In this document: positions 62,130 through 64,000 of the stretch, one piece after another
Layout: the number at the start of each line of letters is the position of its first letter
How positions within the stretch are numbered: the stretch's first letter is position 1
DNA from: Patellaria atrata CBS 101060
Taxonomy: Eukaryota
NCBI GenBank assembly: GCA_010093705.1
Contig: MU006095.1
Location: 930,001-994,000, forward strand
DNA: 64,000 nt
Direction: 5' to 3'
Program-made: the position numbers and the translations under genes
Notes under the pieces: model-generated
What the model saw: the letters and a program-made list of their open reading frames with translations, nothing else
Told to the model about the DNA's origin: nothing
Database searches by the model: none

Positions 62130-64000
62130 TCACTGTCTTGGAGACCTATCGTGGAATTAGTACCTTTTCCAAAGCTTGGAAATTTGGATTTAGATTAACT
62201 CACGTAGGCGAGTAGGTGGGACTAGTGGGGCTCCACCTTGGACTACTATTGCTTCCTTGATTCGGACTGGTAGGGCTATACCGAGGGCTCGTCGGCGAAT
62301 ACTGATTTTGTGCCGGACTCGTGGGACTGTAGACCGGGCTGGTCGGGCTATAACTCGGACTCGTAGGGCTTGTTGGGCTGCGCCTATCGCTACCTGCCCC
62401 GAATTGAGGGGAAGTAGGACTGTACATTGGTGAGGTCGGGCTATATGCCGGAGAGGTAGGAGAGTAGTGAGGTGAAGTTGCGCCACGATGTGCCGGTGAA
62501 GTAGGGGAATAGCTTGGAGACGTTGGAGAGTAAGACGGTGATGTTGGAGAATATGATGGCGACGTGGGGGAATAAGAAGGAGATGTCGGAGATCCACCAG
62601 CTGCGTAAGCAGGAGATGTCGGAGAGTAAGTGGGGGAAGTCGGCGTGTATGCGGGGCTAGACGGTGAGAAAGCAGGAGAGCTGGCCCCGAAGCGCGGGCT
62701 CGTCATGCTCATACCCGGAGAGGTGGGAGAGTAGCCAGGTGAAGATGGTGAATAACCAGGAGAAGTTGGACTTGTACCGCTGAAAGGAGACGTTGGGGCA
62801 TAGCCAGGACTACGACCGCCAGAGTATGGGCTTAGCCCGCCATCGAACGAGCCACCACCATAAGCGGTTAGTCCGCCAGTATCGTCGCCCGTAGCATGAA
62901 CCATTGGAGAGAAAGCGGCACCATAGTCGGGACCACCAAAGCCACCTTCTGCCATTGGAGAGCCAAGAGCGTACGGGGTGCTGGCACCGGGGTCTGACGC
63001 TCTTACAGCAACGCCCATTCCAGGTGCAAGACCGAAGCGAGCATTGTCGGTGGTAATCGTATCGAGCATCTTCTGGTCCAAGGTGAGATCGAATTCGCCA
63101 GTACCCAAAGGTGCAAGTTGGCCCAACATAATGTTCTCCGAAATACCCCGGCAATCGTCTAGTTCACCGAAACCAGCAGCTTCGTAAAGAATCTCTACCG
63201 TCTCTTCGAATGAACAGCGCATCAAAGCACCTGTTTCGGCTCTGTTAATGCCGTGACGGGTAACAGCCATGAGATATCCACGAGCGGTCATAACATCTAC
63301 TAGAAGTGCAATGTGACGGTGGTTGACATATGAGCCGTCAAAGGATAAGACCATAGTTAACTCTCGCATGAGACCAGCACGGCAGGCCTCGATGCCGAAA
63401 ACCTCCAAGACATCCAAGAAGGAGTTAGAATAAATCCTATAAGGATTGACTCCTGGAATAGAGATGACGTCCGCGATGGCAGTGCCTTGAGTATCCAGAT
63501 ACCATTCCTTACACAAGGGATCGGACTTCCCTTTCTTGAGTGAGCCATCTTCGTCAATCCTGAGACGGGTTGTTTCATTCAAGAATGCACGCTCAACCCC
63601 CTTAATGCCACGGAGTGTGAGACTATCAAGAATGTGCATCTGAAGAGCTTTAAGGTTGGTCTGGAAGTCGGTGTCATCTTCCGCGTCCTTGGACCCTTCT
63701 TCTGGCATCATCATCCGCACACGTATAACAAGCTCGTCCGCATTATTATCGCTGAAGATGATCGCAAGAGTGGTTTTGAATGCCCGCTTGATGATCATAG
63801 CAACCTCTGAGACTTCAATATTCTTGTCCAACAATTTTCGACGGTTGAGGACGATACGTAGAAGCCACTTGGACTGACGATCGATAGAGTCCATATTATC
63901 TTCCGGAATGATGAAATACGACTCAACCATGTCCACATCAGCTTCAATAGAAGTAGACGTGATATCTGGATCATAATAAATCTCGGTCCGTTCGGTAACA
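62130..64000 (-). CDS. RPB1: RNA polymerase II largest subunit, 3' part with CTD
   Basis: FDGSYVNHRH, TRHGINRAETGALMRCSFEET, SENIMLGQLAPLGTG, YSPTSP heptads; terminal intron 62203-62146 adds last exon (SPRQ stop). Confidence 0.98.

Overview
Eukaryotic DNA from a filamentous ascomycete (Pezizomycotina, probably a Eurotiomycete). It shows short GT-AG introns with CTRAY branch points and a degenerate RPB1 CTD. About 25 protein genes are present. Housekeeping genes: 14-3-3, INH1, NSP1, PPP4R2-like, SYM1, Clr2, a RhoGEF, NAS2, Ran, CSN7, NPR2, HIS4 and RPB1. Others: CAZymes (GH53, GH125, CBM1-GH10), an SV2-like MFS transporter, a kinase and several hypothetical proteins. The most interesting signals are non-coding or hidden from the ORF track: (1) an intergenic, tRNA-like but non-tRNA Pol III-type structured RNA gene (minus strand, ~36007-36191); (2) a riboswitch-like fold-back with a 3-way junction and alternative pairing in an MFS transporter intron next to a 13-nt microexon; (3) a second fold-back intron in the GH125 gene sharing a motif with (2); (4) a spliced 18-codon uORF in the NPR2 leader; (5) an uncharacterised gene with an internal LRGG-ending ubiquitin-like domain, a GC donor and an in-frame stop. 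All exon boundaries and base pairings were read by eye and no searches were run.
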